Both the position numbers and the translations under genes were made by a program. Positions 10,028 to 19,724 of a stretch of 64,000 bases of DNA are shown one piece after another (position 1 is the stretch's first letter; each line of letters begins with the position of its first letter). The notes beneath the pieces were generated by a model, which saw only the letters and a program-made list of their open reading frames with translations, was not told the DNA's origin and searched no databases. The stretch comes from Armatimonadota bacterium (GTDB lineage: Bacteria; Armatimonadota; HRBIN16), in NCBI GenBank assembly GCA_963677485.1, contig OY781964.1:1344001-1408000 (forward strand). The letters run 5' to 3'.

Positions 10028-12054
10028 GCCGGTTCCTCCGCCGTTTTGGCCATCAGGGTTTCGTCTACAATCGTGTTGCCGCTAAAGACGAGTGCGTCTA
10101 GCTCAGCCAACAGTTGATCGTCCCTAAAACCTCGCAGTTGGATACTGGCACTGCGGCACGCGGCCACACAGGTGCCGCATCCATGACACAGCCCTTCATT
10201 CACAGAGGCCACCATCTTAGTGGGGTTGCCCTTGCGGTCGGTCAACTGTTCGGCAGTGATCGCTCCGAATGGGCATACCGCTACGCAGAGCTGGCATCCA
10301 GAGCAGGAGTTGTTGTTCACCTCTGCCACGTTGGCTTCCGATTCGAGATGGTCTTTGCTGAACAGCCCGATCACTTTGGAGGCAGCGGCACTGGCTTGGG
10401 CCACGCTATCGGGGATGTCTTTGGGATACTGGCAGGCACCGGCTAGATACACGCCAGCAGTCAGTACTTCAACGGGTCGGAGTTTCGGGTGCGCTTCACT
10501 AAACCAGTTGTCGCCATCCACGCTGATGCCCAGGGTGCGCGCGGTTTGCTTGGCATCGGTCTGAGCTTCCATGGCGGCGGCCAGCACCACCATATCGGCT
10601 TCGATCTCCACCTGTTTGCCGCTGAGGGTATCAGCACCCTTGACCATCAATTTGTCACCCCTTTGAGTGACCTTACTGACGCGGCCACGCAGATAGATGG
10701 CGCCGTATTTGTCTTGCGTCCTGCGCACGAACTCCTCGTAGCCCTTGCCATTGGCGCGGACGTCCATGTAGAACACATAAGCCTGAGCGTCGGGGCACTT
10801 TTCGCGCAGCAGCAAGGCGTGTTTGGCATTATACATACAGCATACTTTACTGCAGTAACTATGCCCGGTCTCATCATCGCGGCTGCCGATGCAGCTAATG
10901 AATACCACGTTCTTGGGCGGCTTGTGGTCACTGGGGCGCACCAGTTTGCCATCGGTAGGCCCGCTGGCGTTGAACAACCGCTCGAACTGCAGGCTGGTGA
11001 TGACATCTTGATACCGGCCGAAACCCAGGTTGCCGTATGGTGTGGGATCCCACATCTTGAAGCCTGTGGCGGCGACGACCGCACCGAAGCTGTCCTCAAA
11101 CACAGTATCTTCCTGTGTGTAGTCGATCGCACCGGCAGGACATCTCTTTTGGCAGGAGCCGCATTTGTCTTTGAGGAATTTCGTGCAGATAGTGCGGTCA
11201 ATCACGGGCACATTCGGCACCGCTTGCGGGAAGGGCACATAGATCGCCTTGCGCGTGCCCAGCTCGCAGTCAAACTCGTTAGGAGCTTTTGAAGGGCATT
11301 TTTCCCAGCACATACCGCATCCGGTACACTTGCTCTCGTCCACGCTGCGCGCTTTTTTGCGAATCGTCACCGTGAAGTTGCCAACAAACCCCTCCACTTT
11401 TTCGACTTCGCTGTAAGTCAGCATCCGAATGTTGGGATGGCTGGCGCAATCCACCATTTTGGGTGTCAGGATGCAGGCTGCACAGTCCAGTGTGGGGAAT
11501 GTTTTGTCATACTGGGCCATTTTTCCGCCGATACTGGGAGTTCGCTCTACCAGAGTCACGTGATAACCCGCATCTGCGATGTCTAACGCGGCCTGGATGC
11601 CTGCGATACCGCCGCCGACCACAAGTGCCTTACGTGTGATAGGAATTTGGTTCGTGAACAGCGGCTTGTTCGTGTCGGCCTTAGCCACCGCCATCGCCAC
11701 CAGGTCGATCGCCTTACGCGTCGCTTCGCCCATATCGGCGTGTACCCACGAGCAATGTTCGCGGATATTCGCCATCTCAAGCATGTGGGGGTTGAGGCCC
11801 ATCTCTGAGATACACCGGCGGAAGGTCGGCTCATGCAGCCGTGGAGAGCAGCTTGCCACCACCACGCGGTCCAGACGATGCTCTGTAATCGCCTGCTTGA
11901 TCTGATTCTGCCCCGGTTCGGAGCACATATACTTATAGTCAGTAGCGAATACTACGCCTGAGTATCGCTTGCTGACTTCTGCGACGTAGGAACAGTCCAC
12001 TGTGCGAGATATGTTCGTGCCGCAATGACATACAAATACACCAACTCGTGCCAT
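10024..12054 (-). CDS. hdrA: Heterodisulfide reductase subunit A
   Basis: GVFVCHCGTNI, ANIREHCSWVH, GGGIAG, KTFPTLDC and ferredoxin motifs. Confidence 0.97.
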   Translation of the reverse strand: MARVGVFVCHCGTNISRTVDCSYVAEVSKRYSGVVFATDYKYMCSEPGQNQIKQAITEHRLDRVVVASCSPRLHEPTFRRCISEMGLNPHMLEMANIREHCSWVHADMGEATRKAIDLVAMAVAKADTNKPLFTNQIPITRKALVVGGGIAGIQAALDIADAGYHVTLVERTPSIGGKMAQYDKTFPTLDCAACILTPKMVDCASHPNIRMLTYSEVEKVEGFVGNFTVTIRKKARSVDESKCTGCGMCWEKCPSKAPNEFDCELGTRKAIYVPFPQAVPNVPVIDRTICTKFLKDKCGSCQKRCPAGAIDYTQEDTVFEDSFGAVVAATGFKMWDPTPYGNLGFGRYQDVITSLQFERLFNASGPTDGKLVRPSDHKPPKNVVFISCIGSRDDETGHSYCSKVCCMYNAKHALLLREKCPDAQAYVFYMDVRANGKGYEEFVRRTQDKYGAIYLRGRVSKVTQRGDKLMVKGADTLSGKQVEIEADMVVLAAAMEAQTDAKQTARTLGISVDGDNWFSEAHPKLRPVEVLTAGVYLAGACQYPKDIPDSVAQASAAASKVIGLFSKDHLESEANVAEVNNNSCSGCQLCVAVCPFGAITAEQLTDRKGNPTKMVASVNEGLCHGCGTCVAACRSASIQLRGFRDDQLLAELDALVFSGNTIVDETLMAKTAEEPA

Positions 12055-12867
12055 CTATGCCACACTCCCTTCTAATACTTTTGCCAACGCGGGATGTGGC
12101 GAAATGAGCAGCCGTTGAAGCCCCAGCTCGTTCGGGCTGAAGCCCATGGCCAGCCCTAGTAATTGGGTGAAATAGAGGATGGGTGTGCGCTGATCACCGA
12201 TTTGGCGAGAGTCCAGGTTGGTCTGACACATTGGACAGGCCGTGATGATGATATCAGCACCCGATTCTCGTGCTGCCGTGGCGATGTCGGTGCTCAGCCG
12301 CTGCACGATGTTTTGCTTCGATAGTGCCAGGCTTCCACCGCAGCACTCGGTTGCGTGCGACCAGGCCACTGGATCCGCACCGGCCAGTTTACTGAGCCGG
12401 TCCAGGCTGGTGGGGTTTTCGGAATCTTCACCATCGGCCACAGACTTCGGTCGAAGCATCATGCAGCCGTAGTAGCAGGCCACCTTCAAGCCGGACAACT
12501 GATGGGATACAGCCTGCTGTATACGCTCGTTGGGTAGACTGGCTATCAATTTCATCATGCTGAGAACCTGCACTGAATGCCCCGCTTGAACCGAAGCCAG
12601 CTTCAGGCGGTTGTAGCATGCAGCGCATGGGGCCACCACATCATTCATGCCCATCTTCTTCGCAATATCCAGATTACGCAACGGCAGTTGCTGCGCCAGT
12701 TCATGGCTGGTGCTGTGTGCTGTGGAGGCTCCACAGCAGTTCCAATCTGGGATCTCTTGAAGTTCGATGTTCAGCTTCTGGCAGATGGCCTTTGTAGAAA
12801 GATCATACTCTTTGGCGGTCGAGTGCAGTGAGCACCCCGGGTAATAGGCATATGTAAGGGTTTTCAT
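12055..12867 (-). CDS. hdrB: Heterodisulfide reductase subunit B
   Basis: YYPGCSL and two CCG domains (WNCCG, ECCGG); ATG 12867 overlaps the hdrC stop (ATGA). Confidence 0.95.
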   Translation of the reverse strand: MKTLTYAYYPGCSLHSTAKEYDLSTKAICQKLNIELQEIPDWNCCGASTAHSTSHELAQQLPLRNLDIAKKMGMNDVVAPCAACYNRLKLASVQAGHSVQVLSMMKLIASLPNERIQQAVSHQLSGLKVACYYGCMMLRPKSVADGEDSENPTSLDRLSKLAGADPVAWSHATECCGGSLALSKQNIVQRLSTDIATAARESGADIIITACPMCQTNLDSRQIGDQRTPILYFTQLLGLAMGFSPNELGLQRLLISPHPALAKVLEGSVA

Positions 12868-13409
12868 GAGCTTTCCTTTACCCATTGGCGCAACTGCGAA
12901 AGTCCTTTGATACGCTGTGGGCGGAATGGCAGCTTGCCCTTCTGGAACATGGTGAGTCCCAGTCCAATATCATCCACTAAGCGCCTGGAGCGCAGCTTGT
13001 ATTCCATCACAAGCCCCAATTCAAAAACACGTCCATCGCGGGCGATCGCATTCAGGAAAGATTTATGGAATGCGTGAACCTCAGGCTCAGCCGCTTCAAT
13101 GCCCTGTTTTTCGGCCATTTGTCGCAGCGTGTCCATCACTTCGGCACTGCTTAGTCCTCGCGGACAGCGCAGTTCACAGGTTCCGCAGCCTACACATAGC
13201 CATATCATACGGCTATGAAGAACACTTTCATCGTTTAGCTGCACCAGCCGCATCACCTGGTTAGGGGTGATATCGGCATCATTCACGACCGGACAGCCCG
13301 CAGTACAGTTTCCGCATTGATAACAAGTGGCCATATTTTGACCGCTCTTTTCCTTGACCAAGAGCGAAAACTGACTTTTTGCGGACACCGTTATCCTATT
13401 ATCAGCCAA
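12864..13409 (-). CDS. hdrC: Heterodisulfide reductase subunit C
   Basis: CYQCGNCTAGCP and WLCVGCGTCELRCP; likely TTG start at 13409 after AGAGGAAG. Confidence 0.93.
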   Translation of the reverse strand: MADNRITVSAKSQFSLLVKEKSGQNMATCYQCGNCTAGCPVVNDADITPNQVMRLVQLNDESVLHSRMIWLCVGCGTCELRCPRGLSSAEVMDTLRQMAEKQGIEAAEPEVHAFHKSFLNAIARDGRVFELGLVMEYKLRSRRLVDDIGLGLTMFQKGKLPFRPQRIKGLSQLRQWVKESS

Positions 13410-13563
13410 GAGTACTTCCTCTCTACGAGATATCATCAGGTTTTTAGGCCTGATATGAATTTGTCGTTTTGCTGTGTTTTGTTGCGTTTGCTTTTGAATT
13501 GCGGATTATATAATAGATATTATATCAAAATGAAGCATGATGCGCTTGATATAACAAGACAGT

Positions 13564-13581
13564 TTGTGAAATATATCACCG
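13564..13581. promoter_or_regulatory. Candidate Rex operator upstream of hdrC
   Basis: TTGTGAA-ATAT-ATCACCG versus Rex consensus TTGTGAA-N4-TTCACAA; minus-strand TATAAT hexamers nearby (13505-13510, 13519-13524). Confidence 0.5.
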
Positions 13582-13674
13582 CATATATATAAATATCGTG
13601 CGGTTTCAACTCCTGCAGATGATTCTGAGCACGCCCCAACTACGATCGGGTTATTATTGATTCATCGTCAATCG

Positions 13675-14868
13675 CTAATAGCGGTCTGTGAGGTACATAT
13701 GCTGCTGCCGTTTTGGGAATAAGAGCTGGCATAGCTCAACCACTTCAGCAGAAGCAGGTTCCGGCAACTGAGCAAGAAAGTGCTTGGCCGACACCGCCCC
13801 AAGCACGAGCTGCCCCAATTGGCCGATACTGAGCTTGAGGTGGTTGCGGCTCTCAGATGGCGAGCACATATGCACCCCACCCAAACCGACATGCAGCGAC
13901 TTGCTGCCCAGCTCCGTATCGAACGTGATGCTGCTATCGATGTGCAAAGCACCGTTCCGAGCCAGCCGACGCCACTCAGGCATCATATTCTCAAACAACT
14001 GCTGCATGTTGGCCACACGCACCATACAGTTCGCACAGGCTCTGTGTAGTTGGCTGAATTCGCAGTTTGTGCGCATCAAAGCCGCCGCCACAGCTCCCTC
14101 TTCTGTCACGGCATATGCCATGCGTTTGAGGCTGCGGTTCAGCTTAGCTGCCATCTCCGGCATCCACACCTGGCAAGCCTGTAACAGTGCATCCGCCGCT
14201 GCCGGGCTTTCAGCCAAAGGTTCGCTGATGACGAAAGTTTCCGGCTGCGCCTGCTCCAAAGCGTTCTGGGACCAGCTCCCCCTGCCATGGCAAGCATACG
14301 CGGCTACATGGCCATCCGGTGCGGTCAGCACGATGCACTCATCGTCACGCTCCCCCGTTGCGACGCCACTTAGCCATGACCATGAACGCATGCCTTCAGG
14401 CTTGATACGGGCACCACACACGTTGAGCGACAGGTATTGGGAGTAAATGCGTTGGATATCCGTCAGATCATCCGTCTGCAAGGGCCTCATGTGCCATCCT
14501 GAAGGCAATTCGGGCCCAGAACTGGCAGCATCGACATATACCAGCCGGTTTGGTCCGGCACTGGCGTAGCCGAACTTGTGGTAGTAATTGGGAATTCCAT
14601 AAAGCATCGTCAGCCCCAGCTCCGCCTGCTCCATGAAACGTATCGCTTCTTGCATCACGCGACGGCTCAAGCCTTGATTCCGGCAGTCATCCTCTGTGCC
14701 AACACCAGCGATACCACTCATGTCCACCTGCGAACATCCCACAGCGATAGATTGGACCACAATCCAGCAGCTACTGATAGAGCGCCCATCTCTGACTAGT
14801 TCGACTTTATAGTCGCCATTTTGGTCTTTAATTAAGTTCATTTCCGGATCTTGACAGACGTAGCTCAT
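13675..14868 (-). CDS. Eis-like GNAT N-acetyltransferase (copy 2)
   Basis: GIAGVGTEDDCRNQGLS, LYGIPNYYHKFGY; ATG 14868 after AAGGAG. Confidence 0.88.
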   Translation of the reverse strand: MSYVCQDPEMNLIKDQNGDYKVELVRDGRSISSCWIVVQSIAVGCSQVDMSGIAGVGTEDDCRNQGLSRRVMQEAIRFMEQAELGLTMLYGIPNYYHKFGYASAGPNRLVYVDAASSGPELPSGWHMRPLQTDDLTDIQRIYSQYLSLNVCGARIKPEGMRSWSWLSGVATGERDDECIVLTAPDGHVAAYACHGRGSWSQNALEQAQPETFVISEPLAESPAAADALLQACQVWMPEMAAKLNRSLKRMAYAVTEEGAVAAALMRTNCEFSQLHRACANCMVRVANMQQLFENMMPEWRRLARNGALHIDSSITFDTELGSKSLHVGLGGVHMCSPSESRNHLKLSIGQLGQLVLGAVSAKHFLAQLPEPASAEVVELCQLLFPKRQQHMYLTDRY

Positions 14869-14980
14869 ACTCTCTCCTTGTGAGCAACCAGTCATAGGGA
14901 CGCCCCCACGACAGTATCATTTACAGCCTGGGCAGCCACGTCAGCACGGGCAAGTGCTGTGATGCCGCCCACGTAGCTAA

Positions 14981-15011
14981 TGAGGAGCCGATACTCTCTA
15001 TCGGCTCCTCA
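14981..15011. terminator. Perfect 13-bp hairpin between the two GNAT genes
   Basis: TGAGGAGCCGATA-ctctc-TATCGGCTCCTCA; no strong U-tract. Confidence 0.5.
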
Positions 15012-15021
15012 ACTCATGTAA

Positions 15022-16215
15022 CTAATATCTGTCGGCCAGGAACATGTGTTGCTGGCGTTTTGGGAACAACAGCTTACACGCGGTCACCGCGTCCTCACAA
15101 GGCGGATTCGGCAGTCGGGCCAGCAGGTCTTCAGTCGGCATCGAGCCTATCACCAGCATTGCCAAGTCACCCACGCTCAAGTTCAGTTTATAGCCCGCAT
15201 CCGAGGGGTTACAGAAGCATACTCCACCCATATTGACATGCAGCGCATTCACTCCCGCCGGGGTTTCAAAGCAGATTTTGCTGTCGATGGAACCTGCCGA
15301 CTGCCTTGCCAGCCGACGCCACTCCGGTATCATGAGGTCAAATAGTTGGTCCTGATTGCCCACTCTCACCATGCAGTTCCCGCAGGCACTGTACTGCTGT
15401 CGAAATTCACAGTCCCTGCGCATCAGGGCAGCAGCCACACAGCCCTCTTCCGTGAGAGCGTAGGCGATGCTTGTGATTTCGCGGCTTTCCTTATCGGCAA
15501 TTCCTTTACCCCAGATTTCACAGGCTGACAGCAACACATCGGCCGCTTGCGGGCTTTCAGCCATCGCTTCACTGACCACCAGGGCGGAAGGAATAGCCCG
15601 CTCAAGGCCGTCAGCCACCCAGCTCCCTTTACCATGCCAGGCATATGCAGCGACGTGCCCATCTGGTGCCACGAGAACCAGGCAGTCATCAGCGCGCTCA
15701 CCAGTGGCCACACGGGTCAACTCATTCCATGCGGTTGAGCCTTCTGGACGCACACGGGCACCACAAACATTCTCTGCCAGATACAAAGCATACAACCGCT
15801 TAAGCTCTGAGATATCCTGTACTGTGACAGTACGAATCTGCCAGCCCGCCGGTAACTCAGGAACCTGTTCTTGAGTCTTAATAACTGCACCACGGTTTGG
15901 ACCGGCACTAGCGTATCCAAACTTGTAGTAGTAGTTTGGAATGCCATACAGCATGGTCAGGCCGAAATCCGACTGTTCCATGAAGCGCATCGTCTCCTGC
16001 AGCACACGGCGGCTCAGCCCTTGGTATCGGCACTCTTCTAAGGTGCCGACATCTGCGATACCGCCCATTTCGACCTGTGCGCAGCCAACTGCGATGGGAC
16101 GATTGGCGATTCGAAGTCGGCTGACGGACTTGCCATCACGCATTAAGTCGACACGGTAATTGCCGTCTGGCTCCGACAAAACGATAATCTCAGGGTCACG
16201 GCTTATGTAATTCAC
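15022..16215 (-). CDS. Eis-like GNAT N-acetyltransferase (copy 1)
   Basis: GIADVGTLEECRYQGLS, LYGIPNYYYKFGY; GTG 16215 after AAGGAG (the longer ORF call overlaps the divergent gene). Confidence 0.88.
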   Translation of the reverse strand: MNYISRDPEIIVLSEPDGNYRVDLMRDGKSVSRLRIANRPIAVGCAQVEMGGIADVGTLEECRYQGLSRRVLQETMRFMEQSDFGLTMLYGIPNYYYKFGYASAGPNRGAVIKTQEQVPELPAGWQIRTVTVQDISELKRLYALYLAENVCGARVRPEGSTAWNELTRVATGERADDCLVLVAPDGHVAAYAWHGKGSWVADGLERAIPSALVVSEAMAESPQAADVLLSACEIWGKGIADKESREITSIAYALTEEGCVAAALMRRDCEFRQQYSACGNCMVRVGNQDQLFDLMIPEWRRLARQSAGSIDSKICFETPAGVNALHVNMGGVCFCNPSDAGYKLNLSVGDLAMLVIGSMPTEDLLARLPNPPCEDAVTACKLLFPKRQQHMFLADRY

Positions 16216-16330
16216 GATGGCTCCTTGAACGATCAGATTTTGGGTTGAAGTACGATATTTTAACATGTTTGCCTCACTCAATGCCTGCCCAACCATAAAT
16301 ATACAAAGGTAATTCGGTAGAATGTATGCT

Positions 16331-17527
16331 ATGAAACACCAAAAATTCCTAACACTCGCTGCCTGTCTTTTGATGTCGCTGGCACTTGCTGGCTGCGGTG
16401 GAGGAGGAGGCGGGGCCACCACACCCACTGGTCCTGCCAAGTGGACTGTGTTGGTTTATATGAACGCTGCGAACTCGCTGGACAGTTATGCTGATGCTGA
16501 CATCAATGAGATGGAGCAGGTGGGCTCAACCGACCAGCTGAACGTCATCGTGCAGGTGAAGCGTCGCATTGTAAACTTGCAGAACACTCGACGCCTGCTC
16601 ATTGGTAAGGACAGTCAGCCGAGTACGGTCACATCACCGGTTATACAAGACCTTGGTCTAGGTGTCGACATGGGTGACTGGCAGACACTGAAGAATTTCG
16701 TTCAGTGGGGCATCGCCACATACCCAAGCGAGCACGTGGCGGTGATCATCTGGAACCATGGCGATGGCTGGCGCAGCTTGACGGCTGCAAGCCCTGTCAC
16801 CAAATCGATCAGCGAAGATGACTTAACCGGCAACCACATTGAAGTTTGGCAGTTACCGCAGGCACTGCGTCCGCTGGATACCAGCCCTGTGCTGGATGTG
16901 CTGGCGTATGATGCTTGCTACATGCAGATGGCGGAAGTGGCTCAGGAAGTTCGGCTCTGCACGCAGTATATCTGCGGCAGTGAGGAGTTCTTCCCGGGTG
17001 AAGGCTACCCATATGAGCTGATGCTGGCCCCGCTGCACGACACCCCAACGATCGGAGCCAAGGCATTTGCTGCCACGCTGGTGAACCAGATATTCGCGGG
17101 GTTGAGTTATAACGGCAGCATCACGCAAAGCGCCCTGGATGCATCGACTATCACAACGCTCACTGCGAAGATTGACGCCTTTGCTGGTGCATTGATGAGC
17201 AGCAGCATCACGAAAGATGAAGCAAATGTGGTTCGAACCCAGGCGCAAGCGTATGTCATCCCTGAAAACAAGGATATTATAGATTATGCTAAGCGCATGG
17301 CGGCTCTGAGGCCGTCCGACGCGAACCTTCAATCTGCATATACGCAACTGACGGCCGCGATGGCCAGCACAGTGATTAACGAAAAACACACCAACGATGC
17401 CGTTAAAGATTCGCACGGAGTGGCTATCTATCTGCCCTCTCGGTTGGACTTTAACAACAAATATCTGAGTACAGCCTTCAGCCGAGCGACCCGCTGGGAT
17501 GAATGGATTCAATCACAAGGGCAATAG
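16331..17527 (+). CDS. Clostripain-family (C11) cysteine peptidase lipoprotein
   Basis: Lipobox LAGC, WTVLVYMNAANSL, catalytic WNHG and YDAC motifs, GSEE. Confidence 0.9.
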   Translation: MKHQKFLTLAACLLMSLALAGCGGGGGGATTPTGPAKWTVLVYMNAANSLDSYADADINEMEQVGSTDQLNVIVQVKRRIVNLQNTRRLLIGKDSQPSTVTSPVIQDLGLGVDMGDWQTLKNFVQWGIATYPSEHVAVIIWNHGDGWRSLTAASPVTKSISEDDLTGNHIEVWQLPQALRPLDTSPVLDVLAYDACYMQMAEVAQEVRLCTQYICGSEEFFPGEGYPYELMLAPLHDTPTIGAKAFAATLVNQIFAGLSYNGSITQSALDASTITTLTAKIDAFAGALMSSSITKDEANVVRTQAQAYVIPENKDIIDYAKRMAALRPSDANLQSAYTQLTAAMASTVINEKHTNDAVKDSHGVAIYLPSRLDFNNKYLSTAFSRATRWDEWIQSQGQ

Positions 17528-17551
17528 TTCAGTATTAGAGGAGAATAGCCG

Positions 17552-18040
17552 ATGAAACCCATGACATGGATAGCTGCGTTAGCGGCCCTTACGGTATTAG
17601 CCGGATGTGGCGGCGGCGGTGGTGGAGGTGGCGATACCAACCCACCGGTCACTGACATGCTTACAGGCACCCTTAAGACCGATGGCGGTACCGCCGTCGT
17701 CGGTGTGCAGATCGCCATTTTGAAGACCGATGGCAGCGTGGTCATCGCCACCAGCAACTCAAGTGGACAGATCGCGATGGATATTCCCACGAACGCCCGG
17801 GGCTTTGTGGTCAATGCGATGCCCGTCGCTGGCGGTAGTTACTACCCGATCTTCACCTATGGCGGCAAGACTTTCCAGTTGAGCATCAGCAGTTCGGCTG
17901 ACTACAGCAAACTGCCAGAATTGTTTATACTGACGATACCGCCAAGCAAAGACATAAGCGGGCTGACATTTTACAACACCTCAACGCCTCCGCCTCCGCC
18001 ATCTAGCACAGATTACATCTGGCCCACATCGGGCACGTAA
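17552..18040 (+). CDS. Lipoprotein with a beta-rich domain
   Basis: Lipobox LAGC followed by poly-Gly; Pro-rich C-terminus; RBS GAGGAG. Confidence 0.8.
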   Translation: MKPMTWIAALAALTVLAGCGGGGGGGGDTNPPVTDMLTGTLKTDGGTAVVGVQIAILKTDGSVVIATSNSSGQIAMDIPTNARGFVVNAMPVAGGSYYPIFTYGGKTFQLSISSSADYSKLPELFILTIPPSKDISGLTFYNTSTPPPPPSSTDYIWPTSGT

Positions 18041-18052
18041 GCATCGACATGC

Positions 18053-18092
18053 ACATCAGGGCAGACCGACTGGTCTGCCCTGATGTTGTTTT
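18053..18092 (+). terminator. Rho-independent terminator
   Basis: ACATCAGGGCAGACC-gact-GGTCTGCCCTGATGT followed by TGTTTT. Confidence 0.8.
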
Positions 18093-18347
18093 CTGGGTTG
18101 TGTATGACCCGCATATCGTGGTTGGGTTAGCAGGATGTGGTAGAAACAAGCCGATGTGTGTCATTAGGTGTCCGGACACCCACGGAGTGGGTAAGATTCT
18201 TATAGCCAGGGGTAAGCGAAGCGCAACCCCTGGTTCAGAGCCCCAATATCTACCCCGAAGGGGTCGGTCGGGGCGACTCGAATGGTTGGGTTCTGCTGCC
18301 GGATTCTAGCGGCTTTTCGGGTAAGTAGCCGTGTCCTTTAGGGCAGT

Positions 18348-18567
18348 CTATTACCCACAAGTCCAGATTGGGATCGTATCGAGCATGTGCCGCGACATAA
18401 ATGTCTCGGCTATTGAACATCAAGCCCGCTAAACCGGGCTGCGGAGCTCCTTGCCGACAAAGATAACGTTAATGAAGACTGCTTCAGCAGTCTTGGTGTT
18501 CAATAGCCGAGACATTTATGTCGCGGAATCGGTGACCTACTGGCCATGCAATAATTGTGGGTAATAG
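18348..18567. mobile_element. MITE-like element with nested inverted repeats
   Basis: 13-bp terminal IR CTATTACCCACAA/TTGTGGGTAATAG; inner 35-bp IR at 18390-18424 and 18492-18526 with 1 mismatch. Confidence 0.5.
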
Positions 18568-18650
18568 CCATGTGCTTTAGCGCGTGGTGGAGGCATGCTC
18601 CTGGCTACGCGCGCCCATGATGGTATCAACATTCCGCCGGACGACGAGAA

Positions 18651-19577
18651 CTACGGCATGGGTTGCTGAAACTGGATAATATGCAGCAGTTGAAGCAGCA
18701 GATAAATCGCAGGGATGCCCAGCATCAGGCTATCGAACCGGTCCAACACACCGCCGTGACCCGGAAGAACAGCCCCCGTATCCTTCACACCGGCCTCGCG
18801 CTTCAGCGCGCTTTCAAACAAGTCGCCGATGATGCCTGCCACGGCAGCCACCACACCGATCAGCGTGGCCATACCCATAGGCACCAGGATATCCTTGGAC
18901 GGGTTAAACTGGCTGCCGTAGATCACCGCAAACAGCCAGGCGGTCAGCACAGATCCGATCACACCGGCGGCGGCACCCTCCCAGCTCTTTTTAGGGCTGA
19001 GCCTTACTGCCATCTTGTGTTTGCCATACCGCTTGCCCAGGAAATAGGCGGAGGAATCGCATATCCACACGCACCAGCAGACCAGCAGAAGCATCCATTT
19101 TCCTTCAATGGAGATATTCGGAGCCAGAGGGAAACTCGCAGGATGAAGCTGTAGTGACACCCAGGTGCGGTAGAGCACGCCGGTGTAGAGGGCGATCATC
19201 GCCGCACTGCTCAGGTTGCTCCAGGCGTGGATGCGTTCGCTATGATCGGCAATCCACACTTCATAGACCACACCAAGCACGATAAACAGCGTCAGGATGG
19301 GGTAGGTTAAGCGGGATTCAACTTGCGGGTAGTGAAAGCTAAGCCAGGCATCGAAGGGCAACATGACTCCCAGCAGCACAACCGCCCAGTTTACGCGTGA
19401 ACCGGGATTCTGCTGCTCCCAGATCATGCTTAACTCACCGGCGCAGAGGAAAGCGGCCAATGTGACAAAAAGTGCCCATACGATGTCACCCGGTACCGGC
19501 AGCCATGATATTTCACGCGGCACAAATACACACGCCAGCACGATAGGAATGCCCACCAGTGAAGTAATCAGCCTCAT
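18651..19577 (-). CDS. cdsA: Phosphatidate cytidylyltransferase
   Basis: DSSAYFLG, SPKKSWEG, GDLFESALKREAGVKDTG..PGHGGVLDRFDS. Confidence 0.95.
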   Translation of the reverse strand: MRLITSLVGIPIVLACVFVPREISWLPVPGDIVWALFVTLAAFLCAGELSMIWEQQNPGSRVNWAVVLLGVMLPFDAWLSFHYPQVESRLTYPILTLFIVLGVVYEVWIADHSERIHAWSNLSSAAMIALYTGVLYRTWVSLQLHPASFPLAPNISIEGKWMLLLVCWCVWICDSSAYFLGKRYGKHKMAVRLSPKKSWEGAAAGVIGSVLTAWLFAVIYGSQFNPSKDILVPMGMATLIGVVAAVAGIIGDLFESALKREAGVKDTGAVLPGHGGVLDRFDSLMLGIPAIYLLLQLLHIIQFQQPMP

Positions 19578-19724
19578 GGCGAGCTCACTAACGATAAAGC
19601 GCTTACGAAAGCCGGTAATATGTTTGTAGGTTCTACTCAAACTGGGCCAGCTCCCTGTTTCTGTTTATATGGCAACATGATATCATACGCAGGCATGCTC
19701 TGCGCAGTTCCTGGAGGTAATTCC

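Noticed and set aside
9566-12054. Selenocysteine in HdrA/FlxD, prompted by the SelB-like domain elsewhere
   Set aside because: Both ORFs are open with Cys at the relevant motifs; no in-frame TGA
16216-16440. Extended N-terminus of the GNAT ORF (similarly 24813-24941 and 48654-48878)
   Set aside because: These extensions overlap neighbouring genes or repeats; downstream starts have clear RBSs and match paralog or family N-termini
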